Of a stretch of 64,000 nt of DNA, positions 38,901 through 48,915 are shown piece by piece (positions within the stretch are counted from its first letter, which is position 1; every line of letters starts with the position of its first letter). Both the position numbers and the translations under genes were made by a program. Location: positions 52,660 through 116,659 of the forward strand of contig FR893564.1 in assembly GCA_000433675.1 (NCBI GenBank), in the 5' to 3' direction. The notes beneath the pieces were generated by a model, which saw nothing but the letters and a program-made list of their open reading frames with translations, had not been told where the DNA came from and did no database searches. The stretch is from Clostridium sp. CAG:433. Lineage in GTDB: Bacteria > Bacillota_I > Bacilli_A > RF39 > UBA660.

Positions 38901-39331
38901 AAAAAGATTTAGCAAGAATGATGATGGGATACCCTAATGTATATGTTGCTCAAATAAGTTTAGGAGCAAATATGAATCAAGCAATAAAAGCATTAAGAGA
39001 TGCTGGAAGTCATAAAGGACCATCACTAGTAATTGCATATTCACCTTGTATTAATCATGGTATAAAAAAAGGAATGGGTAATTCTATTGAAGAAGAAAGA
39101 TTAGCAGTAAAATCAGGTTATTTTCCAATATTTAGATATGATGGTGAAAAAGAAGAATTTACATTAGATTTTAAATCACCAGACTTTGATTTATATGATA
39201 ACTTCTTAGATGGAGAAAATAGATATACAATGATTAAAACTGTTAGTCCAAAACTAGCTAAAGAATTATTAACAGAAAATAAAAAAGAAGCAATTAAAAG
39301 ATTTGAATATTATAAGAATTTAAGTAATTAA
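35930..39331 (+). CDS. por: pyruvate:ferredoxin (flavodoxin) oxidoreductase
   Basis: 1133 aa; MGKYKVIDGNEACAHISYMFTEIAGIYPITPASPMSE; two 4Fe-4S motifs (CIECNQCSIVCP, CTGCGLCANTCP); TPP-binding GGDGW. Confidence 0.95.
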   Translation: MGKYKVIDGNEACAHISYMFTEIAGIYPITPASPMSEYIDKWSTEGRLNLFNNKVKLIEMQSEAGAIALVHGSLQTGSLASTYTASQGLLLMIPSMYKIAGEMLPCVINVASRTIATHALSIFGDHSDIYASRSTGFCFLASSSVEDTIYMTLASYLSTLKGKLPFVNFFDGFRTSHELNKVYVPDMSEIKGLVPFKAIDNFRKESMISKKQIKGTTQNDDVYFQNLEARNKYYDKMPDVVNECMEKINKKFKTDYKPFNYYGDENAEKVIVAMGSVCDALKELVDVLNAKGEKVGVLIVHLFRPFSKKYFLEALPKKVRKIAVLDRAKEAGAVGEPLYEDVVNIFNDVKNKPFIIGGRYGISSKDTNLEDLYAVFKNLDSNEPINSFTIGIVDDVTGKSLKPCKIKSDKKNIEMLIYGYGSDGMISASKDIIKTIGTETEAFVQGYFEYDSKKSGGITVSHLRIGKEKINMPYYITNPHIVVCTKDVYLEKYDMLSKIRKNGIFILVTDKTEQEIKNAISNKIKYELAKKNVKFYIIDAYKIAKENNILNKISMIMENAIVYITKVLPHAEFTNDQKESIKLHFAKKGDEIVNNNINAIKDIESKIVKVEVDELWKNLSYSEEKYTGIIDNIIHLKGNDLTVKDFEKHESGVFPVNTSNLEKRNIAQVLPRWVKENCIECNQCSIVCPHGVIRPKLMTEEEIKKNKNVVVIPCMGNDEYKYALEISYENCTGCGLCANTCPGKLGAKALIMTDHKEVERINNEIKNITNKKLYLESTIKGVAFNEPLFKYSGACAGCGETPYLKLLTQIYKDGLIIANATGCSSIYGGSLPTNPYNVSWSNSLFEDNAEYGLGMRITMDLAKEKITNIMKEKLKGRLGIKNIEMFNKWLVNKDNYNITKEIMENINYDEVKELEPLKGYIMSKDVWIVGGDGWSYDIGFGGIDHIMASGEDVNILVLDTEVYSNTGGQASKSTEKGAVAKFANDGKKTSKKDLARMMMGYPNVYVAQISLGANMNQAIKALRDAGSHKGPSLVIAYSPCINHGIKKGMGNSIEEERLAVKSGYFPIFRYDGEKEEFTLDFKSPDFDLYDNFLDGENRYTMIKTVSPKLAKELLTENKKEAIKRFEYYKNLSN

Positions 39332-39343
39332 GAGGAGGAACAA

Positions 39344-39607
39344 ATGAGAGAAGTTAAACCAAATACAACATGGAGACATTTTAAAGGAGCAACAGCACAT
39401 GTTATAACAGTTGCTAAACACTCTGAAACAGGTGAAGAATTAGTTATATATGAATGTACAAATAGTGAAAATACTAATCATAAAAATGGAATATATGCTA
39501 GACCACTTGATATGTTTTTAAGTGAAGTAGATCATGATAAATATCCAGATGTAAAACAAAAATATAGATTTGAATTACAAGAAATAAAAAGTGTAGTTAA
39601 AAAATAA
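39344..39607 (+). CDS. DUF1653-family protein
   Basis: WRHFKG…[11 protein letters not shown]…YARPLDMF…KYRF pattern typical of DUF1653. Confidence 0.5.
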   Translation: MREVKPNTTWRHFKGATAHVITVAKHSETGEELVIYECTNSENTNHKNGIYARPLDMFLSEVDHDKYPDVKQKYRFELQEIKSVVKK

Positions 39608-39820
39608 TAACTACACTTTTTTCATATTTTAAGTCAAAAAAAGAGCCGTCCCCCCTGAAGGGCAGCTCTATAAAAAAGAATAAAAAGGGGTTGGCTAGTG
39701 TGATACTAGCACCAATTCGCCATTTGGGAATTGGTAGCATATATATTACTTATAAATAGGTAATTTGTCAAGTACTTTTTAAAAAATATGTTATAATATT
39801 TTTAAAGGATGTGAATAGTT

Positions 39821-41779
39821 TTGGCTGAGTTAACAAATATAAAAGGTATTGGACCTAAAACAGTAAGTACATTAAATAAACTTGGAATAAATAATGTTAA
39901 TGATTTAATAAATGATTATCCATATAGATACGAAATATTAAAACAAACTTCTTTATATGAAGAAAAAGTAGTAGTATCTGGAATTATAGAAACTATTCCA
40001 ACTATTAGTTACTTTAAAAATATGAATAGATTATCATTTAAGTTTAATACAAGTAATAATTTAGTAAATGTTGTAATATTTAATAGAGCTTTTTTAAAAC
40101 CTAATTTATTAATTGGAAAATATATAACTGTAATAGGTAAATATGATACTAAAAGTAATACAATAAATGCAGCAGATATAAAGTTATTTGATTTAGGTGA
40201 TAGAACATTAATAGAGCCTATTTATCATTTAGTAAAAGGTATAAATAATAAGTCATTAAATAAATATATAAATGAAGCATTAAATGAATGTAACGTTATA
40301 GATTATATACCAGAAGAAATAATAAATAAGTATAATTTTATAGATAAAAAAGAAGCACTTAGAATAATTCATAATCCAAAAAAAGGATTAAAGGATGCGA
40401 TAAATAGATGTAAATATGAAGAACTATTTATATTTATGATGAAAATAAATGCACTAAAAAGAAAAAACAATAATTTAAATATTGGCTATGAAAAAGATAT
40501 TGATATAACTAAAATTAATGAATTTATAAATGGATTACCATTTGAATTAACTGTTCATCAAAAAGAAGCATTAAATGATATATTTAAGGATTTAAAAAGT
40601 AATAAAAGAATGAATAGATTATTAGAAGGTGATGTTGGTTCAGGTAAAACAATAGTAGCATTAATAAGTATGTATGCGTTATATTTAAGTGGATATCAAA
40701 GTGCACTTATGGTTCCAACTGAAGTATTAGCTAATCAACATTATGAAAATTTTAAAAATCTATTAGAAGGATATAATATAGAAATTGCACTTCTAACAGG
40801 AAGTACTAAAAAAAGTGAAAAAAATCAAATATATGAAGATATAAAATCAGGTAAGATAAATATGGTAATAGGAACTCATGCCATAATAGAAGATGATATA
40901 AAATATAATAATTTAGGACTAGTAATAACAGATGAACAACATAGATTTGGAGTTAACCAGAGAAATAACTTAAGAAACAAAGGTAATATGCCTGATGTAC
41001 TTTATATGAGTGCAACTCCAATACCAAGAACATATGCTCTTACTATATATGGAGATATGGATATATCTATAATAAATACAATGCCTAGTGGAAGAAAAAA
41101 GATAATAACTAAAGTATTTGATAATAGTGATATTAAAAAGGTACTTGTAAAAATAAAACAAGAATTAGATTTAGGTCATCAAATATATATAGTATCTCCA
41201 TTAATAGAAGATTCAGAAGAAGAAATGGAAGATACTAAGAAACTAGAAAAGAAGTTTAAATTAGCATTTAAAAACTATAATATAGGTGTTATGCATGGTA
41301 GACTTTCGCCTAAAGAAAAAAATAAAGTTATGGATGACTTTGTAAATAAAAAAATAGATATATTAATAAGTACTACTGTAATAGAAGTTGGAGTAGATGT
41401 TAAAAATGCAACTATGATAGTTATATTTGATGCATATAAATTTGGACTTGCAACACTTCATCAATTAAGAGGTAGAGTAGGAAGAAATAGTGAACAATCC
41501 TACTGCGTTTTAATGACTAATAGAGAGACTGAAAGACTTAATATAATGGAAAATGTAAGTGATGGATTTACACTTGCTGAAGAAGATTTAAAACTAAGAG
41601 GATCAGGTGATTTATTTGGTATAAAACAAAGTGGTGATATGAGTTTTAAACTAGCAAATATTCAAAAAGATTATGAACTTTTGATAAAGGCTAAAGCTGA
41701 TTCTGAAGAAGTATTAGATAATATTGATAAATATGAAGTTTTAAAAAATATGTTAAAAGAAAGTATAAATATGGATTAA
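39821..41779 (+). CDS. recG: ATP-dependent DNA helicase RecG
   Basis: Wedge-domain N-terminus, Walker A LEGDVGSGKT, ITDEQHRFGV, helicase motifs V/VI (QLRGRVGR); apparent TTG start. Confidence 0.85.
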   Translation: MAELTNIKGIGPKTVSTLNKLGINNVNDLINDYPYRYEILKQTSLYEEKVVVSGIIETIPTISYFKNMNRLSFKFNTSNNLVNVVIFNRAFLKPNLLIGKYITVIGKYDTKSNTINAADIKLFDLGDRTLIEPIYHLVKGINNKSLNKYINEALNECNVIDYIPEEIINKYNFIDKKEALRIIHNPKKGLKDAINRCKYEELFIFMMKINALKRKNNNLNIGYEKDIDITKINEFINGLPFELTVHQKEALNDIFKDLKSNKRMNRLLEGDVGSGKTIVALISMYALYLSGYQSALMVPTEVLANQHYENFKNLLEGYNIEIALLTGSTKKSEKNQIYEDIKSGKINMVIGTHAIIEDDIKYNNLGLVITDEQHRFGVNQRNNLRNKGNMPDVLYMSATPIPRTYALTIYGDMDISIINTMPSGRKKIITKVFDNSDIKKVLVKIKQELDLGHQIYIVSPLIEDSEEEMEDTKKLEKKFKLAFKNYNIGVMHGRLSPKEKNKVMDDFVNKKIDILISTTVIEVGVDVKNATMIVIFDAYKFGLATLHQLRGRVGRNSEQSYCVLMTNRETERLNIMENVSDGFTLAEEDLKLRGSGDLFGIKQSGDMSFKLANIQKDYELLIKAKADSEEVLDNIDKYEVLKNMLKESINMD

Positions 41780-41880
41780 AGATATTGACTTTTAAATTAA
41801 AATATTTTATTATTAATATAGCGTAACGATATGTTACGTAACACACACTTTTACGGATATGTGTGAAAGTGTAACCAAAA

Positions 41881-41916
41881 CCCCCTGAAGGAGCCGAAAG
41901 GCTCCACTTTTTGTTT
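41881..41916 (+). terminator. rho-independent terminator after recG
   Basis: CCCCCTGAAG GGAGCC-gaaa-GGCTCC ACTTTTTGTTT. Confidence 0.7.
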
Positions 41917-41951
41917 GATTTATAAGGGTTTTCTATAAATATGGTAGAACG

Positions 41952-41972
41952 CTACCCATCATCTACCCATCA
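41952..41972 (+). repeat. direct repeat (left att) of element 2
   Basis: CTACCCATCATCTACCCATCA; matches 53201-53221 with one mismatch. Confidence 0.7.
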
Positions 41973-42003
41973 TAATCTATGGTTTATATAAGTTTAATAT
42001 AGT

Positions 42004-43146
42004 TTATTTGGAAGACTTTTCATTAAAGTCTTTTTCTAATGTGTCAAAGAATTTTGGTACATTTGCAAGATCTTTTTTAAACATATGAGTATAAGTTTCT
42101 AGTGTTTCAGTAGTTTCAGAATGGCCTAAAAAGTTAGATACAGCAGTTATTGGAGCAGAGCCAGATATTAAGGCTGATGCACATGAATGTCTAAAGTCAT
42201 GTAATCTAATTCTTCTTACTCCAGCTTTTTCAGCATATTTATCTCTATAGAAATACATTCTACCTGTAGCCATTGGAACATCATCACCAAGTACAAACCA
42301 AGTTTGTTTGAATTTTGCTATTCGTTCATTTGATTTTTTTAGTTCTGCTAAGTCATTTAGTAGAGTAGTTGCGATTGGAATTGTTCTATTTGATGCTTCT
42401 GTTTTAGTGCTAGAAATATACCATTCTGTACTAGCATTAGAATTAGAGGGATTTAATACTTGTTGAGAAACAGTTAAAAGTTTATTTTTAAAGTCTATAT
42501 GTTTCCATTGTAATCCTCTTGCTTCAGACCTTCTTAATCCACAATAATATAATAATTCAAAGAAACATTTATATCTTAAATCATCAACTACTGAAATAAA
42601 TTTAAAGAATTCTTCAGGTTCGTAAAAATCCATTTCTTTCTTCAATGCCCCTGGAGTTTTAAAAGGCTCTAATTTATTATAAAATTTTCTTAAATTAAAA
42701 TCCCATTGTTTTTCAGCAAAGTTAATGACTTGCTTTATAAATTTTTGAATATCTGTTTTATATCTATCACAGAGATTTGTTTTATTAATTTGTGCTCTCC
42801 ATTTTTGATATAAATCCCAATCTAAGTTTACTAATTCTACATTATCTAGTAATCCCATATATTTGATTCTATCTCTATATGTCTTAAGAGTAGAATCTTT
42901 TATTTTATCTTTCTGATATTCATAATATATAGTGTAGGCTTCTTTAAATGTCATATGTGGATTTACTTCAACATCTTTATATTTATTTAAATATGCTTTT
43001 TCAGCCTGTATTGCTTCTTCTTCAGTCATATATGCTTGTGATTGATATTGATGTCTTTTACCATCTAAACCTTTACTATATTGTATAAATACCCAAGATC
43101 TTCCATCTTTTGTTATTTTATTTTCTTTAAGTTGTCTTACGGACAT
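42004..43146 (-). CDS. tyrosine integrase (phage-integrase family)
   Basis: C-terminal RLHDFRHSCAS…LGHSETTETLETYTHM catalytic motifs; 380 aa; adjacent to att repeat. Confidence 0.85.
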   Translation of the reverse strand: MSVRQLKENKITKDGRSWVFIQYSKGLDGKRHQYQSQAYMTEEEAIQAEKAYLNKYKDVEVNPHMTFKEAYTIYYEYQKDKIKDSTLKTYRDRIKYMGLLDNVELVNLDWDLYQKWRAQINKTNLCDRYKTDIQKFIKQVINFAEKQWDFNLRKFYNKLEPFKTPGALKKEMDFYEPEEFFKFISVVDDLRYKCFFELLYYCGLRRSEARGLQWKHIDFKNKLLTVSQQVLNPSNSNASTEWYISSTKTEASNRTIPIATTLLNDLAELKKSNERIAKFKQTWFVLGDDVPMATGRMYFYRDKYAEKAGVRRIRLHDFRHSCASALISGSAPITAVSNFLGHSETTETLETYTHMFKKDLANVPKFFDTLEKDFNEKSSK

Positions 43147-43294
43147 TTCATTCCTCCTTTTCTTATCCGTAAAATATCGACATACATCTATATTTTACCA
43201 TTTATTTATATATTTTTTTATATTTATCTTGTTTATCATTTTTTATTAAGAAAAAAGACCAACAATAGAGTTGATCTTTTAATAATTTGAAACG

Positions 43295-43879
43295 TTATTT
43301 TTTATTTTTGGTATTAATCTGTTTTTTTACATCTTCTTGCATTTTTATTAATTTATTGTGTACATATACATTAGCAATATCAATTTCTTCAGAATTTGGT
43401 GTTTTTAGTATTTTATCGCAGTTTGGACAATAATTTTGAGCAGTTCCATAATAATAATTTCCATAGGAACTTCTTTTAATTAATTCTCCTTTGCATTTGT
43501 TACATATTGGTCTAAAGTTTTTGATTGTTATTTCATTATATAACTCAGAGTAATTCCAAGCATATCTAATACCTTCATAAATATCATCATTATAATCTTC
43601 ATACCATTTTTTAATATTACTAGCATCGTTTATTTTAACAATAATTAATAAAATAGCAAATATTATTATACCTACTATTAACAATACCCATAATGGAATA
43701 TTAATATTAAGTATAAAAACGATACTATTGAATATCCATTTTAAAAAAGATAGTATTCCTTCTAATATGTTGATATCTTGTAGTTTAGAAGTTATTATTC
43801 CTCCAACTACAGTCACTATAACTGGTAATAAAAACCAAATCCAAATAGATTTAAAAATTTTTTTCATATGATAAATCAC
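43295..43879 (-). CDS. hypothetical membrane protein with C-terminal zinc ribbon
   Basis: Three predicted TM helices then CNKCKG…CPNCDK. Confidence 0.4.
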   Translation of the reverse strand: MIYHMKKIFKSIWIWFLLPVIVTVVGGIITSKLQDINILEGILSFLKWIFNSIVFILNINIPLWVLLIVGIIIFAILLIIVKINDASNIKKWYEDYNDDIYEGIRYAWNYSELYNEITIKNFRPICNKCKGELIKRSSYGNYYYGTAQNYCPNCDKILKTPNSEEIDIANVYVHNKLIKMQEDVKKQINTKNKK

Positions 43880-43911
43880 CTTTCGAAATGTTGTTTACAT
43901 AGATAATTATA

Positions 43912-45360
43912 TCATAATTCAAAGTCATCTGATTTATCTCGTTCATATTTTTTATTAACTTTTTTACTTAAATCTTTAAAAGCAGAGTAATCGTATTTCT
44001 GATTTTTATCAACATCAAATCCTAGCGTTCTTTTTAGTGCTTTATATAAATCTATTGCTATATTTTTAACATTACTAATAATTGTATCGATATTTTCTTT
44101 TAATTCAGTTAATTCATTTCTTAATGAACTAATTATTGTGTTTTGATATTTTATAGTATCATCTTTTTCTTTAATAATTAAATTTTGATTTTCGATTATT
44201 TTATCTTTTTCTATTAATGTTTTACCTGATTTAAGATTTTTAATTTCAGTATTTAATTTATCAATTTGTTTCTGTTTGGATTCTAATTTTATTTCATTTT
44301 GTTCTATTATTTTTGATTTATTCAAATTATCTTTAGTTATTTCTTTTGAGTATTTAGATAGATTATTTATATCTTTTTCTTTATATCCAATTATTTTGCT
44401 TTTTTCAGGATTTAGAAGAGGATTTGTATCTACATCAGATATTTTCTCTTTATATGATATTTCAACTTCATTTAGGGCTTTATTCTTATTTAATTCAAGT
44501 TCCATTAGTTTGTTTTCTTCCTGTAGTTCTTCTAAATATTTTTCTGCTTTTGTTTGATGATATTTATTTCCTCCAATTTGACCTCTATCAAGATTAAAAC
44601 CTTTAGATGTTATAAATTTATTATAATCATCTTGTATTTTAGCAAATGATGTTTTAAAGCCTTTATCCTTCCAAAACTGATCACAATTTAGAAATTTTCC
44701 TTTTTCTATTGAATATAAATTTTTACCGTTTTCATCTTTCTTTTGAATAGGTATTAACTTTTCTTTTCCGTCTTTTCCTATATAAGATTTTAATATTTGA
44801 TGACCATTACTATCTGTTTCAAATACTTTTCTATGAACTTCATTCACTACTGGAGTAAAATAAAAATGCATATGTGGAGTATCTTCATCAAAATGAATAG
44901 CAGAGTAGACTACGTTTTCCTTTCCAACTAAATTACTTAAAAATTCATGTGAATATTTAAAATAGTTTAATACTTGTTCTGGAATATCATTTGGATTATT
45001 AATAACTACTTTATTAATAGGTTCTCCTTTATGTTCTCCAGTTAAATATTTTCTTCCTGTATCTTCAAATTTCATTCCTAATGATTTAAAGAATTCTTGT
45101 CCACTTGTTATTATGCATCCATTTAATAAATTGATATTTTTGTTGCTCTTGTTAAATTCTACATTATTTTTATAGAGAGTTTTATATGTTGAACTAGCTA
45201 AATTAGTACTACATAATGGAATAAATTCAATGTTATATTTAGTTCTATTTGTATCATAATTACCTGTACCAATTCTATCAGTAAGTTCTTTACTAAGACC
45301 ACCAATATCTGAAGATTTAATTTTGTTTGTTATAGTTAAAACCTGTTTTCCATCAAACAT
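43912..45360 (-). CDS. MobV/Mob_Pre family relaxase (paralog of the 14978 gene)
   Basis: HFDEDTPHMHFYFTPVV motif III; coiled-coil C-terminus ending …DDFEL like the element-1 relaxase. Confidence 0.8.
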   Translation of the reverse strand: MFDGKQVLTITNKIKSSDIGGLSKELTDRIGTGNYDTNRTKYNIEFIPLCSTNLASSTYKTLYKNNVEFNKSNKNINLLNGCIITSGQEFFKSLGMKFEDTGRKYLTGEHKGEPINKVVINNPNDIPEQVLNYFKYSHEFLSNLVGKENVVYSAIHFDEDTPHMHFYFTPVVNEVHRKVFETDSNGHQILKSYIGKDGKEKLIPIQKKDENGKNLYSIEKGKFLNCDQFWKDKGFKTSFAKIQDDYNKFITSKGFNLDRGQIGGNKYHQTKAEKYLEELQEENKLMELELNKNKALNEVEISYKEKISDVDTNPLLNPEKSKIIGYKEKDINNLSKYSKEITKDNLNKSKIIEQNEIKLESKQKQIDKLNTEIKNLKSGKTLIEKDKIIENQNLIIKEKDDTIKYQNTIISSLRNELTELKENIDTIISNVKNIAIDLYKALKRTLGFDVDKNQKYDYSAFKDLSKKVNKKYERDKSDDFEL

Positions 45361-45625
45361 TTATATAAATCCTTTAATATATTTATGACATTGTGACATT
45401 AATAATATGTGTGGCTTTGAGGAATTGGTCATTTATGACCTATCTCACTAGGGCATAGCCCAAAAGTGAGTTAAGGGAATCCCTTAAAAACCCATTCTTG
45501 TTTAAGCAAAGACTTAAGGTGATTTAAGTCTAAGCAATAAACAAGTGATTATTTATTAAAAAATAAATAATCAGAAGATGAGCCATTATCGCCACTTTCA
45601 TTGCTACGCAACAAAACGTGCCACA
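45361..45625 (-). other. candidate oriT/promoter region upstream of relaxase
   Basis: Several short inverted repeats (CTCACT…AGTGAG; GACTTAA…TTAAGTC) in the 265-bp region 5' of the relaxase gene. Confidence 0.25.
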
Positions 45626-46582
45626 TTATTCATCTTCATTTTGTGAAGGCTCTATAAATGTAGCATGATATAATCTACTATCAGCAGTTCTACATTTAGT
45701 AATATGAACACCTTCACTTTCTAAAAGTTCAATACTATTATTTAGTAATCTTCCGAATCTTTTAGGTGACATTGGTATATTAGCTTTTAATACTATATCA
45801 GTACAGGTAAAATCAATTTCTTTTTGACTAGCAACATATTTTATAAACGATGTTAGTTCAAAAGATAATTCATCTTCCTCAATAGAATTTATTTTACGAA
45901 ATATAAGGTTATCTAATTTTTTTAATTGAATATCTATTTCTGAAAAATCTCTATTTATTGTTTGTAATTTAACATATTTTTTATTTGCTTTATTTTCAAT
46001 TAAAGTTATTCTTCCATCAACAGTTGCATCTAGTGCAATACTTCCTAATGTTTTACCGGTTTTATTTAGATGATGTGTAACTAAAAAAGTTACATTATAT
46101 TTATCACAATAAGTTCTTAATTTTGGAAATATTTGCTGTGATACATCTTGATAATTATTAATATCATATTGGACTCCAAAATCAATATCTTTTAACATAT
46201 CTAAAATTATAAGTTTGCCGTTATATTCTTCAGCAAATGTTTTTATATCATATTCTAAATCATTTAAAGATATATTTGCTTTATTCTGTCTATCAATTAT
46301 AAATAAAGAGTCTTTTTTTGCTGATAGTTCCATGAATTCTAGGCGTTCCTTTAATTGAATTTTATCTGATTCTGTGGTAACATATAAAACAGGTGAGGGA
46401 TTTACTTTGTATCCTAAAAATGGTGTTCCGTTAATAACGGAGCAGGAAAGTTGCAGTGCCAACATAGACTTTCCTACTTTTGGATTAGATACTAAGAGAT
46501 ACACACCTTTAGACTTCATTATATTATTTATGATGATGTCTTTTTTTATGTTTGTATCTATTTGTTCTATTGGTTTAAGCAA
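45626..46582 (-). CDS. RecA-fold ATPase (RepA/AAA_25-like)
   Basis: P-loop GVYLLVSNPKVGKSMLALQL; layout typical of mobile-element replication/primase-associated ATPases. Confidence 0.5.
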   Translation of the reverse strand: MLKPIEQIDTNIKKDIIINNIMKSKGVYLLVSNPKVGKSMLALQLSCSVINGTPFLGYKVNPSPVLYVTTESDKIQLKERLEFMELSAKKDSLFIIDRQNKANISLNDLEYDIKTFAEEYNGKLIILDMLKDIDFGVQYDINNYQDVSQQIFPKLRTYCDKYNVTFLVTHHLNKTGKTLGSIALDATVDGRITLIENKANKKYVKLQTINRDFSEIDIQLKKLDNLIFRKINSIEEDELSFELTSFIKYVASQKEIDFTCTDIVLKANIPMSPKRFGRLLNNSIELLESEGVHITKCRTADSRLYHATFIEPSQNEDE

Positions 46583-46829
46583 TTCTAATATCTCCTTTCA
46601 AATTTTTACTTTTTGACTCTAAATAGTCAATATCAATATTTAAATACTTAATAACTTCTTGCATAGGAACAGCATTCTTAGGAACATAATATCCTTCTTT
46701 TTCTAAGTCATTTTTAATTTTACTTTTAATAGCTAGTGCTGAATTTCTTCCTATGTTTGCTAATTTCATTAAATCTGATAAATTGCACCATTGTTGTGCG
46801 ATTAATTTTAAAGTTTCATCTACGGTCAT
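46575..46829 (-). CDS. hypothetical small protein (possible DNA-binding)
   Basis: 84 aa, overlaps start of ATPase gene by 8 nt. Confidence 0.3.
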   Translation of the reverse strand: MTVDETLKLIAQQWCNLSDLMKLANIGRNSALAIKSKIKNDLEKEGYYVPKNAVPMQEVIKYLNIDIDYLESKSKNLKGDIRIA

Positions 46830-46841
46830 ATTCCACCTCCT

Positions 46842-47174
46842 TTATCTTTCTAATTCTTTGTATTTCTTGTGTTTCAAATCAACTAAGTTTTTAAATTCAT
46901 CAGTTGGTTGTATTGAAACATTAAGACCAAGATATGAATCTTTATCTACACATTCTTCTAAATTATAAAAATGTGCATAATCATATTTTTCTAATTCTTT
47001 AGAACTTTTAATAGTTTCTTCTCTAGTATTTTGGTTTATTAATAATCTTCTAAGTGATTTAGTTAAGTCATAACAGATTAAACAATATAATCCTTTAGCA
47101 CTTAATGATAAATCAGGATTATCTAAAACATCTTTTCTTACTAAAGTGAAATATTTTTGATCCACTTTTAACAC
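46842..47174 (-). CDS. hypothetical small protein
   Basis: 110 aa; first gene of the leftward operon, divergent from the XRE gene. Confidence 0.3.
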   Translation of the reverse strand: MLKVDQKYFTLVRKDVLDNPDLSLSAKGLYCLICYDLTKSLRRLLINQNTREETIKSSKELEKYDYAHFYNLEECVDKDSYLGLNVSIQPTDEFKNLVDLKHKKYKELER

Positions 47175-47511
47175 CTCCTTTACTAATTTTAAAAGGGTAG
47201 AGCTCTACTTGAACTATTGCTCTTTGTGAAATTTTAGTTATTTCATAACTCCCGTGCCAATAGGGTATTCTGCCTTACTTTTTTTACTTAATGGCTTATC
47301 GGCGATTTCCACTAAGACTAAGTTTTCAAAGAACTATTTTTGAATGTAGAACGATGATATCGTTCATAAATTCAACTACATAATATCAAACCTAAATAAA
47401 CATGTCAATACATTTTGAACGATTTTTTCGTTCTTTTTTATTTACATTAAATTTTTATTATGGTAAAATGGATATAGATACCAGAAAAACGGTGAAAGAG
47501 AGGAATCTTTT

Positions 47512-48033
47512 ATGGCTAATAGTGATTTAAAAAATGTTATTGAGAATGCAAGAAAGGCACAAGGATATTCACAAAGACAATTAGCAAAACAAATAGGATT
47601 AAGTCAAAGTACATATAACGATACAATTAATGGAAAAATAAAAAAAGTTGATGTTGAGATTTTAAGAAAAATAGCAGAAGGCTTAAATCTTTCTTTAGAT
47701 TATTTATTAAAATTTTCTGGTTATGGTGATGTATATAGTTACATGAACGCCGAAAAATATTCAAATAAATCTACAAAAGATTTTGTTGAAATGTTAGACA
47801 AATATGAAAAATTTAAAATGGATATATTAGATTGGGATTATCAAAAAAGACAAAAGGCATTTGAGTTACAAGATTATATAAACAACATAAAAACTGAAAT
47901 AAGAATCATTTCAGCTGGAGGAGTTAGAAGAATGACTGATGAAGAACTTCTTCAAAATTTAGATGGAATGTATGAAATAACTAAGAAAATTGCTAAAAAG
48001 TATGATTATAGCAAATTACCGAAGGATTTATAG
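47512..48033 (+). CDS. XRE-family HTH transcriptional regulator
   Basis: HTH_3 motif SQRQLAKQIGLSQSTYNDTINGK. Confidence 0.7.
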   Translation: MANSDLKNVIENARKAQGYSQRQLAKQIGLSQSTYNDTINGKIKKVDVEILRKIAEGLNLSLDYLLKFSGYGDVYSYMNAEKYSNKSTKDFVEMLDKYEKFKMDILDWDYQKRQKAFELQDYINNIKTEIRIISAGGVRRMTDEELLQNLDGMYEITKKIAKKYDYSKLPKDL

Positions 48034-48044
48034 GAGGGTTAGTA

Positions 48045-48899
48045 ATGATAAAAGGAAAACCATTTGTAAAGTGGGCAGGTGGAAAAAGACAAATAATAGA
48101 TAAATTAAAAGAATATGTTCCATACGAGTTTAACACTTATTATGAACCATTTATAGGTGGTGGAGCATTATTATTTGAACTTTCACCTAAAAAAGCGGTT
48201 ATTAATGATTATAACAAAGAACTTATGAATGTATATGAATGTATTAAAGATGAAAAAAAATTCGAGGCAATGTGTAGAGAATTAAATCACCATGAAACTG
48301 AACATTCAGAAGAATACTATTATGAAGTTAGAAATATTGATAAAGATAAGAAGAAGTTTAATAAGTTAGCAGATTATAAAAGAGCAGCTCGTACTATTTA
48401 TTTAAATAAAGCTTGCTTTAACGGATTATATAGAGTTAATAGTAAAAATGAATTTAATGTACCATTTGGCAAGAAAACTAAAGTAAATACTTATGAAGGA
48501 CAAAATTTGGGTATTATATGTGGCTATTTAAATTATAATGACATTAAGTTATTATCAGTTGATTTTGAAGAGGCTGTAAAAGATGCCAAAAAAGGCGATT
48601 TTGTTTATTTTGATCCACCTTACGATTCTGATACTTCTACATTTAATAGTTATACTGAAGATGGTTTTGGAAAAGAAGAACAAAAAAGGCTTGCTAAAGT
48701 ATTTAAAGAATTATCTGATAGAGGATGCTATGTAATGCTTTCTAATCACAATACAACTTTAATAAATGAGTTATATAAAGATTTTCATATACATGTAATT
48801 GAGGCTAAAAGAAACATAAATGCTAATGGAAAGAAAAGGGGAAAAGTAGAAGAAGTTATTATAACAAACTTTGAAAATAAAAAAGGTTTTGAAGAATAG
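48045..48899 (+). CDS. Dam-family N6-adenine DNA methyltransferase (DpnM-like, GATC)
   Basis: FVKWAGGKRQ, YYEPFIGGGALLFEL, NGLYRVNSKNEFNVPFG, GDFVYFDPPY, YVMLSNHN…ELYKDFHIHVIEAKR – collinear with DpnM as recalled from memory; 284 aa. Confidence 0.85.
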   Translation: MIKGKPFVKWAGGKRQIIDKLKEYVPYEFNTYYEPFIGGGALLFELSPKKAVINDYNKELMNVYECIKDEKKFEAMCRELNHHETEHSEEYYYEVRNIDKDKKKFNKLADYKRAARTIYLNKACFNGLYRVNSKNEFNVPFGKKTKVNTYEGQNLGIICGYLNYNDIKLLSVDFEEAVKDAKKGDFVYFDPPYDSDTSTFNSYTEDGFGKEEQKRLAKVFKELSDRGCYVMLSNHNTTLINELYKDFHIHVIEAKRNINANGKKRGKVEEVIITNFENKKGFEE

Positions 48900-48915
48900 T
48901 TAAGGAGGTGGCAAT

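Noticed and set aside
39650-39820. Possible riboswitch or leader RNA upstream of recG (hairpins GCTAGT…ACTAGC, CCAATTC…GAATTGG)
   Set aside because: Only short generic hairpins are present and no recognisable riboswitch consensus. It is more simply explained as a terminator plus an extended -10 promoter (TGTTATAAT) for recG.
43081-43290. 69-aa plus-strand ORF overlapping the integrase start and promoter region
   Set aside because: It overlaps the 5' end of the minus-strand integrase and has no RBS. It is a likely artefact of the AT-rich intergenic region.
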